Shown here: piece after piece, positions 36,920-48,866 of the stretch
Numbering within the stretch: the first letter of the stretch is position 1
Layout of the letters: every line of letters begins with the position of its first letter
Source: Lama glama
Taxonomy: Eukaryota
Assembly (NCBI GenBank): GCA_028534125.1
Contig: CM052816.1
Coordinates: 59,708,001-59,772,000 of the forward strand
Direction: 5' to 3'
Length of the DNA stretch: 64,000 bases
The notes under the pieces: model-generated
What the model was told of the DNA's origin: nothing
Databases searched by the model: none
The model's input: only the letters and a program-made list of their open reading frames with translations
Position numbers and translations under genes: made by a program

Positions 36920-38412
36920 TTTAATTTTATTTTTAATTGTGGCAAAAACTCTTAACAGTTTACCATCTTAATCGTTTCTAAATGTACAGTTCAGTACTGG
37001 TAGGTATATTCACATTGTTGTGCAATCAATTTCCAGAATTGCTCATCTTGCAAAACTGAAACTCTATATCCATTAAATAACAATTCCCACTTTCCCTTTC
37101 CTCTAGCTTCTGACAGCCTCCATTCTGTGTTCTCTTTCTATGAATTCAACTACTCTAATGCTTTGTACAAGTGGAATTTTGCAGTATTTGTTTTTCCATA
37201 ACTGGCGTATATCACTTAGCATAATGTCCTCAAGATTCATCCATGTTGGAGCATGTGCCAAAATTTCCTTACTTTTGATGAATGATGAATAATATTCCAT
37301 TGTAAATGCATACCACATTTTGTTTATCCATTATCTGTCCATAAGCACGTGGAGTGCTTCTACCTCTTGGCTATTGTGAATAGTGCTGCTATGAACACAG
37401 GTGTACAGATATCTCTTTGAGATCCGGCTTCAGTTCTTTTGGATATACCCAGAAGTGGAACTTCTGAGTCACATGACAATTTAATTTTTAATTTTTTGAG
37501 AAACTGCCATACTGTCTCCAAAGCAGCTTTACAATTTTATAATCCCACTAGCAATGCACAAGAGTTCAATTTCTACACATTTTCACTAACACTTGTTATT
37601 TTCTGGTTTGTTTGTTTGTTTTTTACATAGTAGTCATTCTAGTGGGTACAAGGTAGTATCTCATAGTGGTTTTGATTTACATTTCCCTAATGATTAGTCG
37701 TAAACATCTTTCCATGTGCTTTTGGCCATCTGTATATCTTTGCAGAAATGTCTATTCAATCTTTTCCCCATTTTCTAACTAGGTTACTTGTTTTACTATT
37801 GTCATTGTTGAATTGTAGGAGGTTTTATAAAAAAATAAATTGTGAATATTAGCACCTTATTTAGTTAAATGATTTGCAGATATTTCTTTATTTCCTAGGT
37901 TGTCCTTTTGCTCTGTTGAGTTTTGTCCTTTAATGCAGTTTTTAATTTTGATGTAGTCTGATTTTTGTTTTTCACTTTTGTTGCCTGTGCTTTTTGTGTC
38001 ATATCCAAGAAATCCTTGCTAAATCCAATGTCATGAATATTTCCCCTATGTCTTCTTCTAAGGATTTTATAGTTTATGTCTTACGTTTAAGTACTTGATT
38101 AATTTTGAGTTAATTTTTGTAAATGGTATAAGATACAGGTCCACCTTCATTCTTTACACATGGATATCCAGTTTTCCCAATGCCATTTGTTGAAGAAACT
38201 GTCATTTCCCCCTCAAATGGTCTTAACCACCCTGTCAGAGATCATTTGGCCTTACGTGAGGGTTTGTTTCTGGCCCTCTATTCTGTTAGCGTACACGTCT
38301 GTCTTTACTCATGTACCACACTGTTTTGATCACTGTAGCTTTGTAACAAGTTTGAAACCAGGAAGCATGAGAGCTCCAACTTTGCTCTTCTTTTTCAAGA
38401 TTGCTTTAGTAA
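36920..38412 (-). mobile_element. L1MB-type 3' ~1.5 kb (ORF2 end plus 3'UTR), decayed
   Basis: tttaccatcttaatcgtttctaaatgtacagttcag; catcttgcaaaactgaaactct; ggctattgtgaatagtgctgctatgaac; tggatatccagttttccca. ORF 37103-37318 reads as an L1 ORF2 C-terminus (MWY..TMEYYS). Confidence 0.92.
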
Positions 38413-39299
38413 TACTTTTATTTTTAGTTTCTATTTCTCATTCTTTTTCTTCATTTCTTTTTTTCCTATTACTATGGCAATTTTCTTTTGTAGTCTCTAT
38501 TACTGCATCCTTCACATCTGGAAGAAAGATGGTCCAAGGCAGCCTAACTGAGTGACCAAAAAGTGGTTGTTGAAAATAGGCAGGCCATAACACCGTATGG
38601 AATACATCTCCAAATCCTTTCTAGGAAAGGAAGTGTGGGGCTGGACTAGAGACCTGAAGCAAGAGTTACAAACCTATGTTCTTGCCCTGCCTACAATATT
38701 CATTAGCCATCTTAATTTTAAGCAAGCTACTTCACTTCTTCAGGCATTAGTTTTATAAAGACTCAAGAGGAGGGAGAGGTTTCTAAACTCTATGATTCTG
38801 CCATTCTTCAGGAATATCAGAGATATCACTTAGGAACTGGATCTTAGACCAGGAAATTCAAACCATGAGGAGCTGGGTGGTCTAATTTTGGCCTCTCTCT
38901 TCTTTCCTCTTTTACATTATATTTCCTTTCTGACTCCCCATTACTTTTCTTCCCTTCCCATAAAATTCGTTTTCATTCAGTTTGTCATGATTTTTTCTAG
39001 TTTACCTTTTAAAAATTTCATTCTCTTTTCAGAAGGGGAAAAAAAGTGCCAATGTTCTAATCTTCATGCACTTAACCCCATGCCATACTCTATCCCTCCC
39101 TGGGGAAAGTTCAGTTAATTATAGAGATGGCATCCTGAGAGGCAGAGCAGCTGACCATCTACATAAGATGACACTAGAGAACTGGGCAGGTATACACCTC
39201 TGTTCTCCATTACTCATGCCCATTTCTGAAATTGCCCATTTGGGGCTATGGAGAACTGTGAAAGGTGGGACATTTGAGCCTCCTTATTTCTTCTTTCAG

Positions 39300-39780
39300 A
39301 GTCCCTCCAAACTTGAATGACTCCACTAGACTCAAGCTGGTCCCTCTCACTTTATCTTCTCCGTCACTCACCTTGCACATCACTGTTAGGCTCAGCATAA
39401 AAACTGTACTTATAGCTATCATTTGCTCAAAAATCTACAGTGGCTTTCTGTTATTCTTGGCAGTAGTTATAAATTCTTCTGTTTGGCTTTCCAGGCCATT
39501 CATCATCTGATAGTACTTTATTTCCCAGCTCTCCCCGACAGGATTCTTTAACTTCCTCTCAAGTATGCTTTCCTTATTCCCAATCTTTGTCTTTGCCCAC
39601 CCTGTGTCTTATTATTTGTAAGAACATCTCTCCTTACTTCTGCTTACCCAGCAACGTTTGTCTCCCACTTAAGTTTCCTTCAACTACTCTAGATAAGCAT
39701 TTAATTTTCTTTATATTTTTGTTTTGTTTCCCCAGCTGGACTGTAAACTCCTTTAGGAATGTACGCTTATGTTTTCAAAT
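39300..39780 (+). mobile_element. L2 remnant
   Basis: atttgctcaaaaatctacagtggctttc; tttggctttccaggccattcatcatctg; ggactgtaaactcctttagga. Confidence 0.55.
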
Positions 39781-41299
39781 TTATAACGCCACATGCAAGT
39801 GAAAGATACCATGATTATTTTTAGAACCAAAAATGTTTCTATGTGTTCACTGACCTATGTATTCACATCCCTGGAATTAATTCAGCACACAGAGCTATCT
39901 CAAGTCATATGCAGCATGTCACTGCTCTGAGGAATGATCCCTAGTACTGATGGGAGCCACTGGGTTTACTCCACTGAATTCCAAATTGAGTTATTTATCT
40001 TCTCAATCTCTGAAAGTCTAGCAGTACATGTATTTCTCTTTTAGGAAATTACTACAGTGAATCCTTCTTATCAATGCATCCAGAGGAGCTCAGTGTCTCT
40101 CAAAATGATGGCAATGTACAGAATAAAAGAACACACAATTAATCCAAACCAAGAAGAAATTTCTAACTTGTCAATGAGATGAAATAGCTTTACAGGCAGA
40201 TTCCCTAAACAGCAAGCCTCTGTTTGCAGATATAAATTAAGATGTTTGAGAAGTCACATAGCAAAAAAGGAGCCTAATTCAGTCATTTTCCAAACTGGGT
40301 TTCAGTTCCTCCTCCACATACTTTGCAATACATATTCAATTCTTTTCATATGAATAAGGAATGCCTTTAATAGTGCGTTTTAAAAAAGAGATCACATCTA
40401 CAGTAACCTCATAAATATGTTGAGAGTTCACAACTCTACTAGATATGAATGGCCTCTATGCTCTTACATCCCCAATTTGTGCTTCTCCTAAATGTTGCTC
40501 ATTTCTCACAGATACTAAAGCCCCCCAAGTTAATAATCAAAGGAGAAAGGCCACTGATTTACTCACCACTTCAATTTAACTCAGCCATGTTATTAATAAT
40601 AGATTATATAAAGTATCCATCAGAAAGACTCCTAAAGGTGTTCAAACTTTTGAATAAACATGAGTTAAATACAATGCTAGGATTTTCAGGAAAAATGTAA
40701 ACCTTTATAGATTTCAGGAAAACAATAAAACCCCAGGGTTAACAAGAAGAAGTGAGACTTTTCAGTGAAACTTCACTTTTGCCTTTCATGCCAGAGGCCA
40801 CAAGATCAAGATTAGTGTGCAACAAATATGCTTGTGCACATAATTCTGAATGTATGCACAGAAGCATTGTTTTCTCTGAAATCCAGACAGAGAGCTGTGG
40901 TCTTTCAGTCACCATAGAAAAAGGAGCCATGTGTTACACTGCAGATGGTCAATTTCCTCTGGTCACATTCACTCATTGTACATTGGAAAGGCAAAGAGAA
41001 GTGTGAAATGATTTGATGGAACAGTGCTTTTTATACAGGCAGAGTGGATTATTTATTTTTAAAAGGACAGTTACGAAAGGGTATCATGCATTGTAGAGTA
41101 ACATTTATGAAAATTAGTTAAAGTCATGAAATCCTGCAGGGGGTCCCCATATTGAAAAGTCACTCAAAGACCTACAGTAAATGCTCTGGTAACTGGGGTG
41201 GTTAGAAAAATGAGGTCCTCTGATTAAAAATATGTTGCAGTTAAGTCTCCACTGTAATCTCTATATCATCCCTAGATTTTAAATATTGAGGAATTAGAG

Positions 41300-41450
41300 T
41301 CATGTAAAGCAGTGAAGTGACACAAAGGCTCTGAATTCAGACTACCTGATTCCAAATCCTGGTTATAGCTCTTGCCAGATGCGTGATGTTGATCAAGCTA
41401 TCTACTCTCTCAAAGCCTTAATTTTCCTCTCTGGAAATGGAGACAAACCT
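41300..41450 (+). mobile_element. MIR SINE
   Basis: ggctctgaattcagactacctgattccaaatcctgg...ttttcctctctggaaatggaga. Confidence 0.75.
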
Positions 41451-41468
41451 GAATTAAATACTATGCTA

Positions 41469-44400
41469 GGACTTCCATTTCTGGGCAAAATGGAGCTTAG
41501 GGGACTGGATTTTCCCTCTTGCCTCACACAAATAAAAAAGTAGACAAAATATATGAAGCATTGGTTTCCAAGACACTGGATATTAGACAATGAAGAATGT
41601 AATCCCTGAGATATGAGAAACAAATAAGGTGATACCTCTGGCTGCCCAAGCTTACAACCTTGAGAAAGTTTCCTGGCCATGGAGCAGGAAGGAAAAACCA
41701 GGTGTAGTCCAGCAGAATCCCTGAGTTGAAGAGACAGAGCTGAGTACTAGGGACACCAATGCAGCTGGAATTCATTAGGCAACATTCAGAAAGAAAGAGT
41801 CACAAAGAAAGAGAACTCCAGAAAACTGCACAGGATCGACCCTTGAGTTCAGCACACTACTGATCAGCACATACATGTGATGAAAGTAACTGAGACTGGG
41901 CAAAGAATCACTGCCAGAATCAGAGGGACCAGTACCCATTGCTTACACAGAGTCCGGAAGTCTCTGTTCTTAACAGAGTGGAAAACTGTAAGTCACATGG
42001 ACTTGGGAGAGTACCAAGAACAGTCTTGCCTCAGTGGTAGAGAATAATTAGCTCTAAACTAAACATGGCTCTGGCACTACAGAACAAATCTTAAAGACAG
42101 ATCTGAAAATATGAAAAAGCTTCCAAATAACTAGTCCCAGCATAAAACACAAGATATTTTTTTCTAAATATAAAGGTATCAAATAGCTAGAAAGGTAAAA
42201 ATTCACAATCCCTAACATCCAATAAAAAATTATCAGGTACGGAAAAAAGAAGAAAAAACATAATTCATCAGGAGAAAAAACTCTATCAAAACCAACCCAT
42301 AACTGACACAGATGTTAGAATTAGCAGGCAAAGACTTTCAGTTACCATAACTATATTCTATATGTTCAAAAAGCAGAGACATGGAAATAAAAAAAAGGCA
42401 CAGATCAAATTTTTGAAGGTAAAAACTGGAATGTCTAGAATGAAAAAGTAACTACATGGGATAAACTTCAGATTAGTCGTGGCAGTATAACAGTGAACTT
42501 GATGATAGAGCAATGGAAACTGTTCAAAACTAAGCACAAGCGAGAGAAAATAATGGGAAAAAAATGAAAAGAATATCCATGAGCTGTGGAACAACTTCAA
42601 GGAGCCTAATATAAGTCTAATTGGAATTCCTGAAAGAGAGGGGGGTGACAGAAAAAATATTTGAAGAAATAATGGTAAATTTCTTTCCAAATTTGATGAA
42701 AACTATAAACCCATAGATCTAAGAAGCTACACAAAATGCAGCACACACACACACACACACACAAACTACACTAAACCACATCATAATAAAATTGCTCAAA
42801 ACAGTGATAAAGAGATAATCTTAAAAGCAACCAGAGAAAACAGACATGCTATGTAAAGAGGAATAAAGAAAAGGAACACAGCAGGGTTTTTGTTCTTTTT
42901 CTTTTTTTTTTAATAAGAAATAATGGAAAAAGATAGTGGTCAATATCCAGAAGAAAAAAAAAATGTCCATCTAAAATTCTATGCCCCAGGAAAGCATCTT
43001 TCAAACAACAGAGGCAAAAGAAGACTTCTTTAATCATACAAGAGCTGAAAAACTTTTATCACTAGCAGAAACATGCCCCAAGAAGTGTGAAAGGAAATTC
43101 TCCAGGCAAAAGGAAAATGTTATTTTTTCCTGGTAATATGGATCTACAGATATAAATGAAGAGCAGAGAATGGAAACAATGTAAGTATATACGATTATTT
43201 TCTTGTGGTCTAAATAACTTCAATAGATAATTGACAGTTTACACAAAAATAATGATGTATAACAGGGTTTATAACAGATAAAGGATATTAAAATGCAAAA
43301 TAATACCAAGGAATTTGAAGTATACTATTGTATTACACTTGATCTTAGCCAAAAGGCTGAGAAGCAATGAGGTGTATGTACTATCATAAACTTCTTGAAG
43401 TGTACATGAAGTAACATAGTATCACTTAAAGATAGACTGTGATAAGTTAACAATGTATAGTATAAGCTCTAAAGCAACCACTAGAGGAACAAAACAAAAA
43501 GAGAGTAAGCCAACAAAGAGGATAAAAATGGAATCATAAAAAAAAAGTACTCAGTTGATCCAAAAAAGAAAGGAGAAAAAGGAAAAAGAGAACAAAGAAT
43601 GAATGGAATAAATAAGCAACAAATAACACAATGACAGAATTATTAATTAATCTAACCACATCAGTGATCACACTGAATGAGAATGCTATAAACATCCTAA
43701 TTATAAGGCAATAATTGTCAGATTGGAAATAAAACTAAGACCCAGATATTTTCGAGCTTTTTAAATAGAAATTGGCAAGCAGATTCTAAAATTCATATGG
43801 AAAAGCAAAGGATCTATAGTAATCAAGAAAATTCTGAATGAGAACAAAGCTGGAGAGTAACAACTACCTGATTTTAGTATTTATTATAAAACTTCTTTAA
43901 TCAGGACAGGTTGGTACTGATAAAGACTGACAGTTACATCAATGGAACAGAATAGAATTCAGAAACAGACCCACACATATGGACCACTAATTTTCAACAA
44001 AAGTACAAAGGCAATTCAATTGAGAAAAGATAGTATCTTTAAACAACTATTGCTGGAAAAATTGCATATCCATATGCTACGAATGAATTTTAAATCATAC
44101 CTTGTATCACATACAAAAAATTAACTAAAATGAATCACAGACTATATGTAAAACCAAGTAATAAAAATGACATCCTTTAGGAGAAAGCATAGAAAGTCTC
44201 TGCGACCTTGGGCTAGTCAAAGATATTTTAACTATAACAGCAAAAGTGGGAAAATATTAAAAATTGATAAATTAGCATTTAGTAAATTTTAAAAATTGTA
44301 CTTTTTGATAGATACTTTTAAGAAAATAAAAGATAAATTCAAAGTATTTCAAAACATGTGTTTGATAAAGGATTTGCATTTAGAGTATACGAAGAAGTCT

Positions 44401-44990
44401 CCAAACTCAGTAAGAAAACAAAATATCCAGTTTCATAAAAGAAAATTGGCAAAAAATTCAAAACATGCTACACCAAAGAAGATATATGATTGGAAAATAA
44501 GCACATGAAAACACATTCAGCATAAAAACATATTCAACTTAAAAAAACTACACTAAACCACATAATAAAACTGCTCAAAAACAGTGATAGAGAAAATCTT
44601 AAAAGCAACCAGAGAAAATAGATGTGCAGCATCATTGGTCATGAGAACAATGCAAATTAAAACCACAGTGAGCTAGTACTACATACATACTAGAATGGCT
44701 AAAATTAAAATATCTGACAGTACCAAGTGTTGGTGAGAATTTCAAGAAACTGGGAACTCTCATACAGGGGTGGTGGGAATATAAAACGGTGCAACCACAT
44801 TTGGCAGTTTCTTAACAAGTTAAACATATATCATTCCACTCCTTGGCAGTTACTTACAAGATAAATGAAAGCATATGTCATACAAAGACTTATCCAGAAA
44901 TGTTCATAGCCCCAAACTGGAAACAAAGCAGATGTTCATCAACAAGTAATGGAGAAACAAATGGTGAGATATCGATAGGAAAGAAAACTG
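41469..44990 (+). mobile_element. L1MC-type element: 5'UTR, ORF1, start of ORF2, jump near 43750 to late ORF2; non-functional
   Basis: Starts ggacttccatttctgggcaaaatggag. ORF1 text gagctgtggaacaacttcaag...aaaatatttgaagaaataatgg. Late ORF2 text attctaaaattcatatggaaaagcaaagga; caatggaacagaatagaa; aatgcaaattaaaaccacagtgag. Confidence 0.88.
43331..43368 (-). pseudogene. RNU2: U2 snRNA 5'-fragment retrocopy (~38 nt)
   Basis: Reverse complement attgcttctcagccttttggctaagatcaagtgtaata vs the U2 5' end ATCGCTTCTCGGCCTTTTGGCTAAGATCAAGTGTAGTA: three transitions, two at CpG sites. Confidence 0.93.
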
Positions 44991-45009
44991 CACCAAAGCC
45001 CTAGAAAAG

Positions 45010-45150
45010 GAGTGCTGTTTGGTAGAAAGAGCTGGCCTGGGAATCAGGAGGTATAGTCATGATTTTTCCACCAAAAAGCTGTGTGAACTCAGTCAAACAA
45101 CTTCACGCCTTTGGATCTCAGTTTCTTTATCTGCTTAATAAAGCATAAAC
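45010..45150 (+). mobile_element. MIR fragment
   Basis: ggtagaaagagctggcctgggaatcagga...agctgtgtgaactcag...tctcagtttctttatctg. Confidence 0.7.
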
Positions 45151-46737
45151 ATTTACTTTTATTCTAAAGAGTCTTTAATGTCCTTATTCACAAAATAAAA
45201 AATGAGGCAGAGGATCTCATAAAATGATAATGGACTCTGTTCAATTTCTACTATTGTTTGATTGGCTATCATAAAGAATCCATATCTGTGAGGGAATAAA
45301 GTGATCAAATATGACTGGAAAAGGACTTTTACTCCACAAGGAATAAGGAGCCAATAGTACACTCCTGGTCTCTGAAGCACAGAATTCAAAGTGTGAGCCC
45401 AGCGGATAATTCGCCAGTTTCTTGGTAGCTCCAGCAGGATTTTTTAGCCAAAAGTTTTGAGGATATTTGCTTTTTCCCCTTCTCCACCCTCCCCTTCCCC
45501 AGTGTTTCAAAATTACTTACCTATTTTATAGCACTGAATACCAAAATTTCATTACTAAATAAAAGCTTATCTGTTTATTCAATACAATGACATTCACATG
45601 GAAAAAATCAACAGAAAAATACAAATCCCCAAAGTTACAGGCAGCCATCTTTATAGTCAAGCTTTCTTAATTCCACAGCTGGGCTGGAATATAACCAATT
45701 TTGACATGGTGACTGAAGGATAATTGGCCATCTAGAAAGTTGCATGCCCACAGAATATTTTATAGGTTGACCACAATTTGCAGGGGTGTCAAATTATTTA
45801 ACATATATAAAGAAGTGTTCTAAGCCAGGAGAATTTGTTTTCTAGTGCAAGAGTTAAAGTGAGCAATTTTAACTATGCCTGAGGGAGTGGCTACATTTGG
45901 AATTTTCATTCAAATGTAATTTTCATTTGAATGTATGTGTGTGTGTGTGTGTGTGTATCCCTATATAAATATATATCTGAGGATCATATTGCTTATTCTT
46001 ATCCTGGTAATGAGAGTAAGCACTACTATGATTTACTTCATGCCTATCCCTCTGAAATCTTCCACGGTCTCATTTGAAATGTCTTCACATTGAAGAAATT
46101 CTACACTTTCCTTTTGCTGTTAAAAATCAACTACTTTAACATGGACATAATCCCCTGCAAACATTCACACTTATAATCACATTCATGCTCATCCTGGGTC
46201 TTCTCTGACAGCTTGCAAATATCTCCCTTCTTCTTTGCACGCAGCTGTCTCAGTTACAAAACTGAAATTTCTTTGGCTACTTCTTCCTATGTTTATATAG
46301 CTCAGCTTTTCAAAAGGTTCTTAAAAAATGGCTTGGGCACACCTAAGAAAAATATGCATTTCTTTTCATTACCTGGCTACAGGCCAAAGTTTTTTAATCT
46401 CCATTTGCCCAGAAAACAGTGCTCTCAAGTGTGCTGTGTATCAGCAAATCAAAGATGCTCTTGAAAAAGAGTCACTTTTCTACCTCAAAAAGCCCCTATC
46501 ATCTTCTCATCTTATTCTGCCCTTGTTCCACAGAGTCATTTGTTACCCACAGAAGAGCTGTGCCTGTGTCCCTGTTCTGCTGAAGAACCCCTGGCTCATG
46601 TGCAGTGTCTGACAGAACATTTGCAAGGTAAACTTCACACCACAACCGTGTTCTTTATAAGCCTTGGAAGGACATAAGTAAGTGAATAAAGATTTTGTTT
46701 TTCAGGGACAGTTTATTTCTAAAAACAGTTTACATAG

Positions 46738-47195
46738 TGTCTTAGGTCGGGTTCTCCAGCAGCAGACTTGAGTCGAGGATTTATGTGCAAGTGATTTACG
46801 GAAATATGCAAAGGACACATGCAAGGGAACGCAGGAAGCTGAGGAGGGCAGGAGAAGGAGCCCAGCCAGGAGGGTGATTTCAGGCAGTCTTGTGGGGCTT
46901 CAAGTGCATCCCATAGAGAAACTTGGGAGTATGCTTTACATCTCAAAGTCTTTTTTCCCTCTGAGGTTGGGGATAGGGCTGCTGGCTAAGGAAGGGTCTG
47001 GGAGATACGAAACCCCGGGCACGTCCAGCTTTCTGAATATCCTGACAATGAGGCTCTAGGTGTCCCAAGGGAGTCCCTCAAAGCAAGTCAAGGTGAAGGC
47101 CAAGAGAAGTAAAAGCACACAGAAGCCAGGGTAGGGACTCACAGAAACACTAAAAGGATCCTAGGGAATGTGGTCAGCACCCCCAGAGTCTCAGC
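46738..47195 (-). mobile_element. LTR16-family ERVL LTR
   Basis: Begins tgtcttaggtcgggttctccagcagcagacttgagtcgaggatttatgtgcaagtgattta, the reverse complement of an LTR16 3' end. Confidence 0.75.
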
Positions 47196-47196
47196 A

Positions 47197-47450
47197 CTTA
47201 ACAAATATTCACTGAGCACTTGGTCTGTGTGCTTCATGCTGGGGACAGGTTGGTAGCAAGTAGATCTGTTGTCTATCCCAGCTAAGTTTAAAGTGAGACT
47301 GAAAAGGAAAGGATGACCCTTAAGCCAATAACCACACAAATGAATGGAACGTCAGAAATGGTGAAATACTTTGAAAAAAGTTATGAGAGCATTTATTAGA
47401 AGCACTTGATTTAGTCTTGTGCTCAACAAATGCTTTTCTAAGGAAACGAC
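47197..47450 (-). mobile_element. L2 3' fragment
   Basis: ttaacaaatattcactgagcacttggtctgtg...tgctggggaca. Confidence 0.65.
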
Positions 47451-47859
47451 TCAACATGTGGCCATTTGGTTTCCTGGCTCTATGAAGAAAATTCACATTG
47501 TAGTGATTAGTGTTTTAGGGTTTTTTGCTAGGTGAAAACAATTTGCACACTTCTAGGTGTCCTGAAGCAATTCCCAAAGTCAAGTTCAACCCTGTGAAAA
47601 GCCATTAAATAGTGAGTCAGTGGAAAGAGATAATGAGCGTGTCAAGATTGGGTGAACTGGGAAATATTCTGCAGTCCAAACTTTACAGAGGCAACACAAC
47701 ATAACAGAAATAGCCTGAATAAGAAAGTCACACACACATCAACGCAATCAATGGTCAGGTTTTGACGACAAGGGTGATTCTCTGGCCAGAATAATGATAG
47801 GAATTTCCCTTGCTGGACAATAGGACTGCCAGTCGCTGGGCTAGGGGCTCTATATTCAT

Positions 47860-48025
47860 TCTATGGATAAGTCCTAATAAAGGACCCATGAGTTAGGGAG
47901 TATCTTCATCCCCGCTTTGCAGAAAGGAAACTAAGATGAGAGAGGGGAAGAAATTTGCCAAAGGTCACAGAGATGCAAAGCAGCTGAATGGGATCAGAAT
48001 GGAAATGTCTGTCTTCAAAGCTGAG
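47860..48025 (-). mobile_element. MIR SINE
   Basis: catccccgctttgcagaaaggaaactaagatgagagagggg...tttgccaaaggtcacagag. Confidence 0.75.
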
Positions 48026-48703
48026 TCATAACAAGTTTGTTAGAGTGGCTGGAAAACAGATACCCACTTATGTGAGAACTCTCACTGGAAAGAACAGTAG
48101 AAACCATGGCAGGTTAAATCCAGCAGGGTACTAGCTAATTATCCACTTTAGACAGAAGTTGGCGAGCTAGCTAATAAGTCCCTTTCTAAACAGTGTGGGT
48201 CCACATGGGAGTCATACTCCCTGTTGCCTTGTAGGCAAGCATGCTGTGAGACTTCCTCTATGGTCTCAAACACACCATACCTTAGACTCTTTGTTTCAAC
48301 ATTTTCATCAAGAAATGCACAAGGTCAATGCCTGAAAGTAGGTTCCTGAGGGCAGGAAGGACTGACTTGGCATGACTCTTGAAAACTAAAGTCATCATCA
48401 GCCAAAGCGTGTGTCTTTTACCACAGCACAAGGCATGGCCTGTGAGATAACACGCTCAGTGCCTTCCATACGCAGCCCAACATGTGAATTTCACATCATG
48501 AGTACCATCACCCATAAGTTACATGGGAACGATAGGTTGGTTTTGTCCTTCTTGAGTGGCAGCTCTTAGAGATTGGTTGTGACTGCTTGGTACACTGTTG
48601 CAAAGAATCCAGGGGCTGTATGCAGGCTCAAGACCTCATTTGGTGAGGTCCTTGGTGGGTGCTCGAAAGGGGAGAATGCACAATATTTTGGCCACACTTA
48701 ATG

Positions 48704-48866
48704 AAGCTGTGTTCCCCAAACCTATGTAATCATAAGAATCACAGGGGACTCTGGCCAAAAACACAGAATCCCAGGTCCAGGGCAAAGCCACTGATCCTGC
48801 AGGACAGGTACCTGAGAACTGGTATTTTTCACAAGTGATTCCCATAAGTAAGTTTGGGAAACACTG
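48704..48866. mobile_element. MER5-type hAT-Charlie MITE
   Basis: Terminal inverted repeats ctgtgttccccaaac / gtttgggaaacactg; internal ataagaatcacagggg and acagaatcccaggtcc. Confidence 0.75.

Noticed and set aside
37103..44508. L1-overlapping ORFs (37103-37318, 38160-38555, 43942-44124, 44296-44508)
   Set aside because: These are frames of decayed L1 sequence or their antisense, broken by stops and frameshifts, and are not functional CDS.
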